Source: Takakia lepidozioides
Lineage: Eukaryota > Plantae > Bryophyta
Direction: 5' to 3'
Assembly (NCBI GenBank): GCA_030704615.1
Contig: CM060731.1
Span: 23,622,001-23,686,000, forward strand
DNA: 64,000 bases
How positions within the stretch are numbered: the first letter of the stretch is position 1; each line of letters starts with the position of its first letter. This document shows positions 63,898-64,000 of the stretch, in pieces. The translations under genes and the position numbers were made by a program. The notes under the pieces were generated by a model. The model was not told the DNA's origin, did no database searches, and saw nothing but the letters and a program-made list of their open reading frames with translations.

Positions 63898-64000
63898 GTG
63901 TGTTTTTACTGCTTCATTACTCCACCACAATATTCTGTCAAGTGAATAGAGTTCTTTCTTCGTTGCCCAGGGTCTGGCAGGTTCACTCAGTGAATATAGC

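Overview
Eukaryotic land-plant nuclear DNA. A bryophyte/moss-like source is inferred from the TE families, the intron-rich genes and a PLS-DYW PPR gene; this is not proven. The window has two compartments. (1) ~1-30 kb holds no intact gene. It contains decayed coding-like stretches, inverted-repeat (MITE-like) elements, a Plavaka-like transposase remnant, an L1-like remnant and a 5'-truncated Ty3/gypsy retrotransposon (17.45-23.3 kb). The pol region of that retrotransposon carries a DNMT3/DRM-type C5 cytosine methyltransferase upstream of RT and a PHD finger after the integrase, and is interrupted by a 744-bp TIR element with a 4-bp TSD. (2) ~30.8-64 kb holds five genes: an intronless PLS-DYW RNA-editing PPR, an SDS22-like LRR PP1 regulator, a 19-exon M1 aminopeptidase with an unusual N-terminal anchor, a plastid-type FHA protein and a TMEM104-like transporter cut off by the window end. 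Their introns contain ~15 fragments of one poly(A)-less non-LTR retroelement family, with 12-17 bp TSDs, one twin-priming inversion and a strong antisense bias. All family assignments come from motif recognition by eye; no database search was run.
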